Of a stretch of 64,000 nt of DNA, positions 63,217-64,000 are shown piece by piece; positions within the stretch are counted from its first letter, which is position 1, and each line of letters opens with the position of its first letter. The notes below the pieces were generated by a model. That model was not told the origin of the DNA, made no database searches, and was given only the letters and a program-made list of their open reading frames with translations. This DNA is from Octopus sinensis (lineage: Eukaryota). A program made the translations under genes and the position numbers. Where the stretch lies: positions 12,834,001-12,898,000 of the forward strand of contig NC_042997.1 in NCBI RefSeq assembly GCF_006345805.1, given 5' to 3'.

Positions 63217-63261
63217 ACAGTCCTATGATTGCTTAGAATCCCGAAACTTCGAAGTCACTGT
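63217..63261 (+). ncRNA. Hammerhead relic with corrupted CUGANGA box
   Basis: ACAGT-CCTAT-GATT(GCTTAG)AATC-CC-GAAA-CTTCGAAG-T-C-ACTGT; helix I and palindromic helix III intact. Confidence 0.5.
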
Positions 63262-63462
63262 CTGTAATCTTCTTTGTAAGGAATGATGAATACGGACTCT
63301 GCAAAAAATTAAGTAATCTTTCGGTCGAAAAATAAACAACTTTTTTATTATGAGTTAACATAAAATCAAACATTGATATAAATAATATATGTACAACATA
63401 TATATGTGTACATATGTATATTTATGCATTTATGTATGTGCACGTAGAAATGTGTATATATA

Positions 63463-63502
<40 letters not shown>

Positions 63503-64000
63503 GTATATAAATGTATATATACATATATATATTATATATATATATATTATATATATATATATATATATATGTATAAATATATATGCACACATATACACTG
63601 AGACAGACTGGGAAACTGAGAGCGAGAAATATAGAAATATATCTATTTTATGTATTCATAAATATCTTTGTGTAGTTCTTGTATTTCCTTGTCCAGTGAG
63701 TTGATCTAAGATCATATGTTGAAACAGAGTCAGTTATATCAGGAAAGAGGCATGGCAACCATTTAAATGGCTATCATTAGAACGGAAATAAGATTTACAC
63801 TTTCACTATTAGCCACTTAACGCCACTAAGTAGTATAAGTATTGAGTGTATTTCATCTCCATAAGCTGCTTCATGTTTCCTTTTGTTTTGATATTCATCA
63901 TTATCTAATTCTACAGGAATATAATATTCGTTTTATATATGCTTTTTCTCCTCTCGCGTCTTATCTCAACGGCCTTTGGGTATTCCGGCCAGGTATTTTG

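Overview
AT-rich eukaryotic, probably intronic or intergenic DNA with no protein-coding gene I can support. Most long ORFs in the track are translations of (TA)n, (CA)n or (TAA)n microsatellites. The SINE families look like those I recall from Octopus genomes (inference from memory, not searched). Contents: about 30 tRNA-derived SINE copies in several mosaic families; a nested LINE cluster at 25.6-31.2 kb (three R4/Dong-like RLE fragments, two RTE 3' ends, one Tx1/L1 3' end); CR1/Jockey-like and Tc1/mariner relics; two non-autonomous Helitrons; one MITE-like foldback; one degenerate tRNA-Asp(GUC). The most notable signal is about 15 type-I hammerhead-ribozyme (HHR) motifs from roughly ten unrelated sequence families. 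Many sit in short elements next to (TA)n tracts, several with inverted arms typical of Penelope-like element (PLE) termini. One three-copy family carries a compensatory G3:C8 swap of the catalytic core, and one tRNA-headed SINE carries an HHR module. All folds were done by eye.
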